Below, piece after piece: positions 48,352 to 57,186 of a DNA stretch of 64,000 nt. A program made the position numbers and the translations under genes. The notes beneath the pieces are model-generated. The model searched no databases. It was not told where the DNA came from and worked only from the letters and a program-made list of their open reading frames with translations. The stretch's first letter is position 1. Every line of letters begins with the position of its first letter. Source of the DNA: a virus. The DNA is taken from IMG/VR virus record IMGVR_UViG_3300037852_000220, positions 1 through 64,000 of that record. The stretch is one strand, 5' to 3'.

Positions 48352-48671
48352 TCACCGTCCAAATCGCCATCGGTATCGATCACCGGCAGCGGAGGGTATT
48401 GGACACCGCGCACGGCGCCGATGATAGATTCACGAGCATTGCTGATCAAAGCCTGGAGTTCGGCCGGCAGCGGCGTCGGAGTGTTGTCGGGTTGGAACGG
48501 CATCGTGACCGTCATCGTGGTGAAGTTGTTCGACAAAATGACATCGCCTCCGAGCGCCCGAATCCAGTCGAGCGCATACTGGCCTTTTGTCACTCGCAAA
48601 CCTGGCGTACCTCCATTGAACATTCCGTCAGGGGCCCCATTGGGCTCGAACACGTTAGGCGGGTACGGCAT
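48348..48671 (-). CDS. hypothetical protein
   Basis: internal ATG 48671 with GGAG 6 nt upstream avoids overlap with lipoprotein gene. Confidence 0.4.
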   Translation of the reverse strand: MPYPPNVFEPNGAPDGMFNGGTPGLRVTKGQYALDWIRALGGDVILSNNFTTMTVTMPFQPDNTPTPLPAELQALISNARESIIGAVRGVQYPPLPVIDTDGDLDGD

Positions 48672-48672
48672 A

Positions 48673-49068
48673 TCAGGCTCCGTGCAAATCAGGCAGTTGA
48701 AACATGAACCGGAATTGCTCAGCATTGTCAGGATCACACTTACCAAGGACCGCTTCTCGCACCATTCGCGGAGTCACTTCGTCATCCATGTCCCATAACG
48801 AATGAACGGTTTCGCGCACGCGAGACACGTCTTCTTTGTCTCGGACGTATGTAAACCAACGACCGTCTTCGAACATCTTCCGCAGACCTTCGTCCGCTTC
48901 GTCGACCGACCAACCCTGTATTTTCAGAGTCATGAATCGTTCGGCGTCGGATGCATACGATATACATTCACCCGGCTGCAGGGTATGTGCGTGCGAGCCG
49001 CAGGACACTAAAACAAACATGCTACCGAGAATCGATGCTGTCCAGAAGGCTCGCGTCAATACGACCAT
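48673..49068 (-). CDS. lipoprotein (signal + lipobox LVSC)
   Basis: MVVLTRAFWTASILGSMFVLVSCGS. Confidence 0.45.
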   Translation of the reverse strand: MVVLTRAFWTASILGSMFVLVSCGSHAHTLQPGECISYASDAERFMTLKIQGWSVDEADEGLRKMFEDGRWFTYVRDKEDVSRVRETVHSLWDMDDEVTPRMVREAVLGKCDPDNAEQFRFMFQLPDLHGA

Positions 49069-49069
49069 G

Positions 49070-49453
49070 TCAATCCTTATTCGGCACACCGTGCGATTGG
49101 CGCAACGACTCCATCAACCGCTCTTTGCAGTTGCTCTCCACTATATCATGGACCTGTTTCGCCGACAGCGTAAGATTACCGTAAATCCAATTCAGGGTAT
49201 TGATTGCCTGCTGATCGTCGTCGTCGTCTTTGTAGATGCACGTCAGCCGATGAGCGGGATCGCGACAGATCTCCAGAGTCGCCGCCATCACACCGAGTTG
49301 CATCTTGAGGGACGCGTTCTTGACGTCGAACGCTTCCTGCTTCGCGTCCCACGCGAACGCGTGGCATTCGGTTTCGTTCATCGTGTGGGCAACGGCGGCC
49401 CCGGCAACAGCATAGATCGCGAGCATGATCGAAAACGACAGGCTTCTCATCAC
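49070..49453 (-). CDS. secreted protein (signal peptide)
   Basis: MMRSLSFSIMLAIYAVAGAAVAHT signal; acidic DDDDD stretch. Confidence 0.45.
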   Translation of the reverse strand: MMRSLSFSIMLAIYAVAGAAVAHTMNETECHAFAWDAKQEAFDVKNASLKMQLGVMAATLEICRDPAHRLTCIYKDDDDDQQAINTLNWIYGNLTLSAKQVHDIVESNCKERLMESLRQSHGVPNKD

Positions 49454-50127
49454 AGGGTCCTTTCAAATGCGGCCACAGCCGCGGGAACGTATGGGCGAAT
49501 CAGGTCGAGCATGGCTTCGGCGTAGACCCGTATTTCAAACTGCGCATGCTCGTGCAAACGAAGCCTAAGGAAACCGAACAAGTTGTGCAGATCGACGGTC
49601 GCGAAGTGCTTGCTGTACGTGTTCAGTGGCAGCACGCCGCGCGCGAGCTCGCGGGGGCAACCGAGCGACAGGAGTTTTCTGTAGCTCCGGAACGATTCCA
49701 GACACGCGCATCGGATCTCGTCCTGTATCTCAGCCGCATTCTCATTTACCTCGTCAGTCCGCATCTGCTTGTTGTGCGTCGATTGCGTCGTGATCTGGTC
49801 AAGCGCCGGCACGTAGAAGCACTCTTCGAGCTCGCTATAGCGACCCGACTGCTCGTTGTACTTCCAGGTGCGGTGCCGATGCCACTGACGGAAGTTGAAG
49901 ATCGGAGCCTTCGCCTCGAAACAGAAGATCACATGCTCGAATGGCGACGTGTGCTTGTTCTCCATCAGGTAAGCGATCAGCTTCTCGTCCGATCCGTCGT
50001 TGCGCGGCGCGGCGTTGTACGACACCCGGGCCGCGCGCACGATCATCTGGTCGTCACCCATGTGGTCGACCAGGCGCACTATGCCGTGATCTAGCACGGC
50101 GCGCCAATTGAGGATAGGCTCACTCAT
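49450..50127 (-). CDS. thyX: flavin-dependent thymidylate synthase
   Basis: ThyX signature RHR..S: FRQWHRHRTWKYNEQSGRYS, plus RVSYN..FEH motifs. Confidence 0.8.
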   Translation of the reverse strand: MSEPILNWRAVLDHGIVRLVDHMGDDQMIVRAARVSYNAAPRNDGSDEKLIAYLMENKHTSPFEHVIFCFEAKAPIFNFRQWHRHRTWKYNEQSGRYSELEECFYVPALDQITTQSTHNKQMRTDEVNENAAEIQDEIRCACLESFRSYRKLLSLGCPRELARGVLPLNTYSKHFATVDLHNLFGFLRLRLHEHAQFEIRVYAEAMLDLIRPYVPAAVAAFERTL

Positions 50128-50564
50128 TTTGTCAAATACGCCAGGGTCGACTCGATCGCGGCAACGTGCGCCGCGGGGACGAAGATCATCTTACCGTCGG
50201 CCGGCGCCGGGCTCTGGCCAGGTTCGAAACCTGCGGCGTCACGCACCGCGGTCCAAAGACCTGCCGCATCCACGGGGCGGTCAGCATGCCACACTGCCGC
50301 ATAGTAGAGTGCAGTCACGGCGTCGAGCAATGCCCCGCCGTCGTTATCGTTGGCATATTCGGTCAGCAGTACGGCGGCACGCGCCATGTACGACAGATTC
50401 TCCGAGTACAGGCCCTCGCGGTAGAAGCGATCGATCGACATGCGGATCTTCTCGACCAGCTGTTCGACGGGCATTGCCACGATCTCGGGGAATTCTTTTG
50501 GTGGTTTGGCGTCAATGGTCGCGACCAACTTGCTCTTCGGTGTCATGCTACCTCCATAGTGCAT
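50124..50564 (-). CDS. hypothetical protein (146 aa)
   Basis: ORF track. Confidence 0.4.
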   Translation of the reverse strand: MHYGGSMTPKSKLVATIDAKPPKEFPEIVAMPVEQLVEKIRMSIDRFYREGLYSENLSYMARAAVLLTEYANDNDGGALLDAVTALYYAAVWHADRPVDAAGLWTAVRDAAGFEPGQSPAPADGKMIFVPAAHVAAIESTLAYLTK

Positions 50565-50863
50565 TGCAGGGGATGTCTGTGATTGCTTGCCGTGCCACGA
50601 ACTTGGTAGACTCGAGTCTCGGCAATTTGATGAGAATATACACCGGCCACGGCACGCCCTTCAGTATGAACCTTGAGCATGATATCGACCGCTTCGAAAG
50701 CAGTTTTGCCGAAGATCTGGATCAACAACTCAACCACGAACTCGGCCGGTGTGATGTCATCATTGATCAGAATCACAGCCCACAGTGGGGGCGGGGCTGG
50801 GGGTTGGATTTGACTGATCATACCCGGAACGATTTCGCCGGGCACTGCGTAGGTGGCGCTCAT
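50543..50863 (-). CDS. clpS: ATP-dependent Clp protease adaptor ClpS homologue
   Basis: WAVILINDDITPAEFVVELL...AVDIMLKVHTEGRAVAGVY..VAETRV..HPLQCTME aligns by eye with bacterial ClpS core. Confidence 0.75.
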   Translation of the reverse strand: MSATYAVPGEIVPGMISQIQPPAPPPLWAVILINDDITPAEFVVELLIQIFGKTAFEAVDIMLKVHTEGRAVAGVYSHQIAETRVYQVRGTASNHRHPLQCTMEVA

Positions 50864-50864
50864 T

Positions 50865-51068
50865 TCATTCCCCACTGAGACGCGTATAGGCGCCCGCACG
50901 TTCGAGCTCTTCGATCTCTTCCTCGACTTCTTCGAGCGTCTCGCGATGACCGAGCCCGGTACGTAACGCCACGCTGACGCGAACCAGAATACCCCGCAGT
51001 CGGTTGCGATCCTCGGGAGTCATCGCGTCGTGTCCCGAGTGATCAACAGATCCGGGAAGTGACCCCAT
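50865..51068 (-). CDS. hypothetical acidic protein (67 aa; alt start 51023)
   Basis: ORF track. Confidence 0.35.
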   Translation of the reverse strand: MGSLPGSVDHSGHDAMTPEDRNRLRGILVRVSVALRTGLGHRETLEEVEEEIEELERAGAYTRLSGE

Positions 51069-51229
51069 GGATGCACACTCATACCGAACGCGTAGTTACG
51101 GCATTGCTCCATGTCAATGAAATCTTTCGAATGACTAACTTCCAGTCGTCCGTCGTACCAAACCTCCCGGCGACTGCTGGTGCAGTTGTCGAACGTGCCA
51201 GTTGGATGTTTCGGTTTCGTAGCCATCAC
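51020..51229 (-). CDS. hypothetical protein (69 aa, GTG start)
   Basis: ORF track. Confidence 0.35.
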   Translation of the reverse strand: MMATKPKHPTGTFDNCTSSRREVWYDGRLEVSHSKDFIDMEQCRNYAFGMSVHPWGHFPDLLITRDTTR

Positions 51230-51326
51230 TCAGTATCCTTCCAGTTGAATTCTCGTGGAGTAACTGGAACAAACATCCAAGAAAGAAGGATGCCGAACAT
51301 GACTATCAATGTTATAAAAACCTGGC
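51217..51326 (-). CDS. micro membrane protein (36 aa)
   Basis: GGAGG RBS, single TM, stop overlaps next start; below ORF cutoff. Confidence 0.2.
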
Positions 51327-51335
51327 CAGGACTCA

Positions 51336-51533
51336 TCAATCCTCCACGAATTGCCGGATCTCGGTATCGAATTGGGTGTCGCGCTCGCGGGCGCCCAGGA
51401 TGTGCTTGGCCTCTTCGAGAGACTTGAACTTGTCGCGCGTGCGCCGGCCGGCGCGGTCGGGCGGGTTGAGCATGTTGCGGATGTTCCGCTCGACCGCTTC
51501 TTCGTACCGCTGCTGTCGGGTCTTAGCCATCAC
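51336..51533 (-). CDS. hypothetical protein (65 aa)
   Basis: ORF track. Confidence 0.35.
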   Translation of the reverse strand: MMAKTRQQRYEEAVERNIRNMLNPPDRAGRRTRDKFKSLEEAKHILGARERDTQFDTEIRQFVED

Positions 51534-51862
51534 TTCCCCTTGGCGAGCCGACGGACACGGGCGCGTTCTTTCTTCGCCACCTTCAGCAGATCGCTCCAGA
51601 CGTCCTGCTCGATGCGTATGCGCAACCGCTCGATGAAATTCATCGCATTGACGGCCTGCTCCATGACCATCACCGGGCGGGCGGGTTTGTTGCCGATGTC
51701 GAACCGGGCGAGCAGAACGTCGCGCAGGGCGTCGATCTCGCGGACATTCAGGCGGATGTTTCTGATTGCGGTCGCGGTGAGTTTGTTGCGGTCCGGCATG
51801 TATTGATACAGATTAGAATCGACCGACTTCACAGGCGTTGCCTCCATCGAGTGAACAGTCAT
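51530..51862 (-). CDS. hypothetical protein (110 aa)
   Basis: internal ATG chosen over TTG 51889. Confidence 0.4.
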   Translation of the reverse strand: MTVHSMEATPVKSVDSNLYQYMPDRNKLTATAIRNIRLNVREIDALRDVLLARFDIGNKPARPVMVMEQAVNAMNFIERLRIRIEQDVWSDLLKVAKKERARVRRLAKGK

Positions 51863-51888
51863 TATGGCAGTAAATGACGGTCGTGTCA

Positions 51889-52017
51889 ATAAATATCGTC
51901 GTCATTCTGATCAGCAATCTGCCGGATCAGATCCAGGATCCAACAGCCGGCCGCCACGAGTGCTGCAGCGCACATTCCTGCAGTAACTGCTTGACAAACC
52001 GTCAGATCGTCGATCAT
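51889..52017 (-). CDS. micro membrane protein (42 aa)
   Basis: GAGGA RBS 7 nt upstream; hydrophobic core; below ORF cutoff. Confidence 0.25.
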
Positions 52018-52166
52018 CAGAATTTCCTCAAAACGAACATCAGATGATCGTACGCTTCGCGCGGAGTGGATCCTCTACGCGCAACCCATCCTAGCCGGCA
52101 ATACCATACACCGCACTCGCGCCAAAGACGAGGCTTATGAGCCATTCGAATCACTCCGCGAAAAAA

Positions 52167-52763
52167 TTAAAACTCGGAACGAAGCGACAGGCTGAAAACG
52201 CCCCATCCCAATCCTTGGTACTGCGTCTGTACCGAACCAACGTGGACATTCTCCGTGCGCAAGAGACGATAGTTGAAAATCAATTCCGCCACGGGAGTGC
52301 GATATCCGATCCCCGCCAGCGGTGACACAAGGGTTTGAGTGTTGTCCACTCGTAGACCCTGATGCGGCTTGACCGTCCCATCGGTCCAATCGGGGATATT
52401 CATCGCGAATCCCGAACGCGCGACACCCACCCCGATCTGCGCGAACGCCGGGCCCCAGTGAGGCTCGTACGCCGCCCAAATCCCATACGGATGCTCTACC
52501 CCGTACCAGTGGCTGTACGGAACACGCCCGTCACGACAGGCCGGCTCGTCTGCGCCACATGCGATCGCAGACGATGTCATCCTCCCCAGGCGCTCTGCCG
52601 ACACGCTCCAGTTTGAGCCGACCAGCGTGACACCATATGCCACACCTTCGTTGCGAAACGAATGAGGCTTCTCGGCTTGGTACCACGTACCATTCGGAGG
52701 ATTCGTTTCGTAGGAGCCGCCGAGCAGCAGCTGCAGACATGCGGTAAACAGGCAATTCGTCAT
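52167..52763 (-). CDS. outer-membrane beta-barrel protein (PagL/Lom-like moron)
   Basis: N-terminal signal, alternating amphipathic strands, C-terminal ...LSLRSEF ending in Phe. Confidence 0.5.
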   Translation of the reverse strand: MTNCLFTACLQLLLGGSYETNPPNGTWYQAEKPHSFRNEGVAYGVTLVGSNWSVSAERLGRMTSSAIACGADEPACRDGRVPYSHWYGVEHPYGIWAAYEPHWGPAFAQIGVGVARSGFAMNIPDWTDGTVKPHQGLRVDNTQTLVSPLAGIGYRTPVAELIFNYRLLRTENVHVGSVQTQYQGLGWGVFSLSLRSEF

Positions 52764-52948
52764 TGCGTGGACTCCCTAATTGCTTGACGGGCCAGGTCGA
52801 GAATCTCGCCCGGAGTTATAGTTGGGCCGCCGAACGGACAGCGCGCGTGGCGTGCCTTGATCCATTCGAGATGCTTCCGGTCGAGTGCAGCGAGAAGCAC
52901 AACGGCTTGCGCAGGACTGAGTGTCGGAACCCCAACGGTGTTGAACAT
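52760..52948 (-). CDS. hypothetical protein (62 aa)
   Basis: ORF track. Confidence 0.35.
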   Translation of the reverse strand: MFNTVGVPTLSPAQAVVLLAALDRKHLEWIKARHARCPFGGPTITPGEILDLARQAIRESTQ

Positions 52949-52963
52949 GTCGTTACCCCCGAT

Positions 52964-53113
52964 TCATACGTGAACCCACAGAATGACTGCGCAGAGTACT
53001 GCAACAAGCGCGTAGTCGAACGCCGCACCGTGATGCGCGTATTTGCCGTACGAGAATTCCATGAGGGCGCGCAGAGTGTAGATTGCGCATATGAAGTAAA
53101 TCAGCCAGTGCAT
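52964..53113 (-). CDS. small two-TM membrane protein (49 aa)
   Basis: GGAG 6 nt before ATG; MHWLIYFICAIYTL...LVAVLCAVILWV; preferred over listed 52953-53159 frame. Confidence 0.3.
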   Translation of the reverse strand: MHWLIYFICAIYTLRALMEFSYGKYAHHGAAFDYALVAVLCAVILWVHV

Positions 53114-53358
53114 CTTCATCTCCGGTTGCGGATCCAATGCAAGTGATGATGCTGTTCAAGTGATTCGGCGCGGCGCGACCGCCTGCATTGGCCTATGAAC
53201 GGTGTGCCCGGCAAAGCCAGGTATCCCACCAAAAGTTCGGCACGTCGGACGGGTCACAGGCAATTAGCGCCTCGCCGCTTCGACTCGCAACCGGCGGCGC
53301 CGCCGGCCCTATCACTTGAACAGCATCATCGAGAGCGAGACTGTAGCACATGATCCGA

Positions 53359-53385
53359 TCTGATGCAAGAAAAAAATAGGCCCCG
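53359..53385 (-). terminator. rho-independent terminator (8-bp stem ATAGGCCC/GGGCCTAT, loop CGAA, then 7 U on - strand)
   Basis: seen in sequence downstream of secreted-protein gene. Confidence 0.6.
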
Positions 53386-53402
53386 AAGGGCCTATTATTA
53401 GG

Positions 53403-54266
53403 CTATCGCCTAACTGCGTCATCTCCACCACCGCCCCCGCCGCCACTCGGCGGAGAGACGTAATGCTGCTGCAGACCATTCCCCCAAATCGGAATGTAGG
53501 AGAAGAACGTAGCATTGTCGAGGATGCCGCAATTGAATCCACCGCATCCCGAACCCGTGAACGTCACCAGATACGTTCCCGGCTGCAACACGTTCCCCGT
53601 GCTTTGGTTCAGGACCCATTCGTCGCACCGCACCCAGGTGTTGCAGGCGTAGGTGGCGTGATTGAATTGCGCCACCGTCCCATCGCCCAAAAGAGCCGGC
53701 TGACCCGTCGAGACCCATTGCTGCAACATGCAAGGGGATCCGCCGCAGAAGCCCTGCCCCATCACCGGAACCGTGTTTCCGTTGGCATCAGTCGTAGTCT
53801 CCGGCACCGCCTGAACGATCGAGACTAGAGGCGCGCCATTCACGTCTGTTGCCGGCATGTATGTCAGATACGTCGGCGGAGGACATCCGCGCCCTGAACA
53901 CACGCCTCGCCCTTCCTGACCGTACAACGTCCACGGCATGTTGGTGATGACCCATCCGCCGCCAGCTGCCGTAGCTGCCGCGTCTGACGTGTAATAGCCG
54001 GAGAAACTGGCCTGGATAGCACCGGAGAAATCTTCAGTCACCAGAGGGTTGCTAGTGCCGCCAATGCGGAAAGTGGTCTGCGTGTATGTGCCGTTGACCA
54101 GTGCCCCTTGAGAGATAGTCTCACGTCCGCTGTTACCCGCGGTGCTGATCTGCGGCGGAAACGGATTGGGGGTAGGACCCGCGCATGGCGCGGCATGCGT
54201 ACACGTCTGCGCGAGCGCAAACGTCGAAAACAGCAATGCGAAACATCCTGCAATGAATTGCTTCAT
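53403..54266 (-). CDS. secreted Cys-rich protein (moron)
   Basis: MKQFIAGCFALLFSTFALAQT signal; many Cys and Gly; flanked by terminators. Confidence 0.5.
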   Translation of the reverse strand: MKQFIAGCFALLFSTFALAQTCTHAAPCAGPTPNPFPPQISTAGNSGRETISQGALVNGTYTQTTFRIGGTSNPLVTEDFSGAIQASFSGYYTSDAAATAAGGGWVITNMPWTLYGQEGRGVCSGRGCPPPTYLTYMPATDVNGAPLVSIVQAVPETTTDANGNTVPVMGQGFCGGSPCMLQQWVSTGQPALLGDGTVAQFNHATYACNTWVRCDEWVLNQSTGNVLQPGTYLVTFTGSGCGGFNCGILDNATFFSYIPIWGNGLQQHYVSPPSGGGGGGGDDAVRR

Positions 54267-54371
54267 TTTCCCGCTTCCTTTATTCAACATCCCGAGAACC
54301 GCTCGGTACGGTGGTTCGATAGCCTGATCTTACCCGAAATCAAAGTCAACTCATCCGATCGGTTGAGGGTG

Positions 54372-54397
54372 AAAAAAATCCCCGCATATGCGGGGAT
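54372..54397 (-). terminator. rho-independent terminator (perfect 20-bp palindrome ATCCCCGCATATGCGGGGAT then 7 U on - strand)
   Basis: seen in sequence upstream of moron gene. Confidence 0.6.
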
Positions 54398-54536
54398 TGT
54401 CAGTTGGTTGTTACCACGACTGTAACTGAGATCGGTATCGTGGCGTAAATGCGACGGTGTCTCCGTCTTTCTCGCCATCTCCGCCACTTGGGTGAGTACC
54501 GCCAGTTAAGCTCGCGGACTAGCCCAAGGACCGAGC

Positions 54537-54848
54537 TCACGACAACGTGACTGTCACGGACAGCGGAATTGTCGCCGTCACGTTCGGCACCGTAAACGGC
54601 AGCGAGACCACCGCGGGGGCGGCCGGGCGGGCCGTTTGCGCGTCAATCCGTTCCGCCGAGATCGTGTAGGTGCCAGGGGCAACGTTGTTGAACGTGACCG
54701 ACACTTGCGTGCCCGTGCCCGTGGTGTCTTGCCCACTTTGCGTGGACACGATCGCGCCGGTGCTGTCCAGCAGATTGAAGTTGACCGGCCCTACCAGACC
54801 CACGTTAACCGGGCTGCCGAGGCTGGCGACTGCGTTTGCATTCATCAT
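54537..54848 (-). CDS. Ig-like/beta-sandwich domain protein
   Basis: ATG 54848 with AAGGA 6 nt upstream; PGTYTISAE..VTATIPLSVTVTLS. Confidence 0.4.
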   Translation of the reverse strand: MMNANAVASLGSPVNVGLVGPVNFNLLDSTGAIVSTQSGQDTTGTGTQVSVTFNNVAPGTYTISAERIDAQTARPAAPAVVSLPFTVPNVTATIPLSVTVTLS

Positions 54849-54920
54849 GGTGATTCCTTTCGAAGAAGTGAATCGAGAGTATGCCACGCTGCACTGCAGC
54901 GTGGGGACCCTCTGATTCGA

Positions 54921-55085
54921 TTACAGCTTTTTCACTGCAGATTGAGCAGCTGCCACATCGGCCTTGATCTTTTGAGCGATCATCGGATGTTTCGCCTGCA
55001 CGAACACGCCAACCACGACAGCGGCTGCGTGAGTGCCGATCAACAAAGCGTTCGTGGCCAGAAACGCATACACGGAACTGAACAT
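54921..55085 (-). CDS. small membrane protein (54 aa)
   Basis: GGGGAG 6 nt upstream of ATG 55085; single TM. Confidence 0.4.
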   Translation of the reverse strand: MFSSVYAFLATNALLIGTHAAAVVVGVFVQAKHPMIAQKIKADVAAAQSAVKKL

Positions 55086-55267
55086 GGGATTCTCCCCAAA
55101 GAGTGAGTCTGCGATGGTACTCCGAATTCGCATGTTGCGCGGATGCCACTTTCGCGTGTCAACTGTCTGGAAGTGTCGACCCTGTATCCCGCCAGCAAGT
55201 GGTATATGGTTACCAGTAGGTCTTTGGCTGATTGGCGGAACAGGACACCATAGTTCTAGACAGTCGA

Positions 55268-56914
55268 CTACACCTCATCCTCGTCAGCTAGATACCCCAC
55301 GCGAGTGGGTGTCTCTCCGTCGGCGCGCTCGCGCACCAGGCCGTCGGTGAACTTGAATTGCGCCAGGCGTTGCACATTTGCAACAGCCTTCAGCTTCTCC
55401 AGCGTCTCTTCATCCGGAATGGCCAGCACCGCATAGGCGTCAGCGCACGCGTCGACCCCGTCGTCGTGGCGGCAGTCTGGGAACGGCCGGAAGTGATCCT
55501 TGACAGCGTCGGCGCAGTGTGCCATGACCGCGACCCACCCCACGTTCAGCTGCGAGGCGAGTGGGTCTGCGCGTGTCTGTTTATCCGATCGCGCAGGGCG
55601 CTCCACAACCGTGTAACCGTCAAGCAGCTGTGTGATGGTCATGAATTGGTCGGTGCCTGCCTGGCCCGGCTCCACCGGCACCGCTATCTTCACGTCACGT
55701 CCGTCGCGATGTGCTGTTGCCTTCATCCGCGCCTTTACCTCATCCGGGCGCGCGCGAAACAGCATGAATTCCTCGATGACGTAGATGTGCACCTGGGGGT
55801 AGTACGCCAGCAGCACGCTCGCTGTGAAGTCGGGCTCGGTCCTACCCGCCTTGAGCTCACGCGCGGCCAGGTCCCATCCGCGGCAGGCTAGGCGAGGACC
55901 CGGCGGCCGCACCGTGATCACCGGCATAGCGTCGACCTTGAATGTCGTACCCGACACGTTGTACGGCTGCTGCATATACTGCGTGGCGAACTCCCACGGT
56001 TTCTGCAGGCGATACGCGTGCAGCCACTCTGTAGTGGCGCCGCCTTCCCATCGCGAGTTGTCGTTCTCGTCGAGCGCGGTCAGAGTCAGGTTATGGAACT
56101 TGACGCCCAGGATGCTGGTCATGTCCTGACGCCCATGTTCATCTGGTAGATGAAGCTTCGAGAAAATGTCGTCCGTGGCGGCCCGCTGCCCAATGACCAG
56201 GAACGGCGTACGCGTCGTCTCGTTGCGTCGCGAGTTGACGACACCACCAACGATGTTGAGCACCTCCTCCTTGCTGAGCTCGCTCTTGGCTTCCTGCAGT
56301 TTGTGCAAGTCGTCCATGACCAGCGCGCCCGAGAAGCGATCGAGCACGCCTTTGATGCCGACGCCGAAGCCCGTGATCTGGCCGTTGATTCCGACGAACT
56401 TCATGTTGCCGCCCTGCGTCGTCTTCGTCACTTCCTTGCTGTCGTTCTTCCGGTCGATGACGGTCTTGGGGAACAGCCGCTTGTACAGAGCCGATCCCAT
56501 GATCTTCTGACGGATCAGGTCCGACGAGTCGTTGGCCAGCTTCTCCGTAGAGCAGATGTACATGATGTTTGAGTCCGGGTACTGGCCCATCCCGAACGCG
56601 ATCCACATGCACACGATGTATGTCTTGCCGAACCGCGGCGGGATGTTGATATCGGCGCCCAGGTACTTCCCCTCGAAGCACTGCTGTAAGAATTGCATGA
56701 GCGTCGTGTGGAACTCCTGCTCGTCAAACGGCCGCCCGTCGGAGAGCTCCATGTGCATCAGGTGCACGAAACTGCGGAAGTCCTGCCGGGCCATTGCCTC
56801 GCGCACGGCCTGGTGCTGCTCGGGCGTGAGTTCCTCCTCTGGCTCGGGCCCGTCGGGCGGCAGCACGCCGTATGGCGTCACCTCCCAAAGGATGGGGTCA
56901 TCTTGCAGTCGCAT
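55268..56914 (-). CDS. terminase large subunit
   Basis: Walker A PPRFGKTY; nuclease-domain Asp-rich C-terminus; start chosen at 56914. Confidence 0.75.
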   Translation of the reverse strand: MRLQDDPILWEVTPYGVLPPDGPEPEEELTPEQHQAVREAMARQDFRSFVHLMHMELSDGRPFDEQEFHTTLMQFLQQCFEGKYLGADINIPPRFGKTYIVCMWIAFGMGQYPDSNIMYICSTEKLANDSSDLIRQKIMGSALYKRLFPKTVIDRKNDSKEVTKTTQGGNMKFVGINGQITGFGVGIKGVLDRFSGALVMDDLHKLQEAKSELSKEEVLNIVGGVVNSRRNETTRTPFLVIGQRAATDDIFSKLHLPDEHGRQDMTSILGVKFHNLTLTALDENDNSRWEGGATTEWLHAYRLQKPWEFATQYMQQPYNVSGTTFKVDAMPVITVRPPGPRLACRGWDLAARELKAGRTEPDFTASVLLAYYPQVHIYVIEEFMLFRARPDEVKARMKATAHRDGRDVKIAVPVEPGQAGTDQFMTITQLLDGYTVVERPARSDKQTRADPLASQLNVGWVAVMAHCADAVKDHFRPFPDCRHDDGVDACADAYAVLAIPDEETLEKLKAVANVQRLAQFKFTDGLVRERADGETPTRVGYLADEDEV

Positions 56915-57186
56915 CAGAAGACCCAGACCAGCACCGTGAGTGCGAATCCGATGCAGTATCCGCCGAAGTCGACGCACCCTGATTGAATTGACGCACCTTC
57001 TTCATGCAAGTCGAACCAGAACTCCTTCCACGCTGTGAACGCCACCGCGGCCGCGAGCCCGTACCAGCGCAGGCCGGGCAGCCAATGCGACCACAGCGCC
57101 AGCACCGTGAAGATCATGAACGCGTGCAGCTCCAACGACGTCGTGACGGGCGACAACATGTATTTCTTGAACCAATTCACGAACAT
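56914..57186 (-). CDS. three-TM membrane protein between terS and terL
   Basis: hydrophobic segments; stop/start coupling with terL. Confidence 0.45.
   Translation of the reverse strand: MFVNWFKKYMLSPVTTSLELHAFMIFTVLALWSHWLPGLRWYGLAAAVAFTAWKEFWFDLHEEGASIQSGCVDFGGYCIGFALTVLVWVF

Noticed and set aside
52953-53159. 68-aa listed ORF
   Set aside because: Sequence looks non-protein-like. An alternative frame gives a hydrophobic 49-aa protein with a proper RBS.
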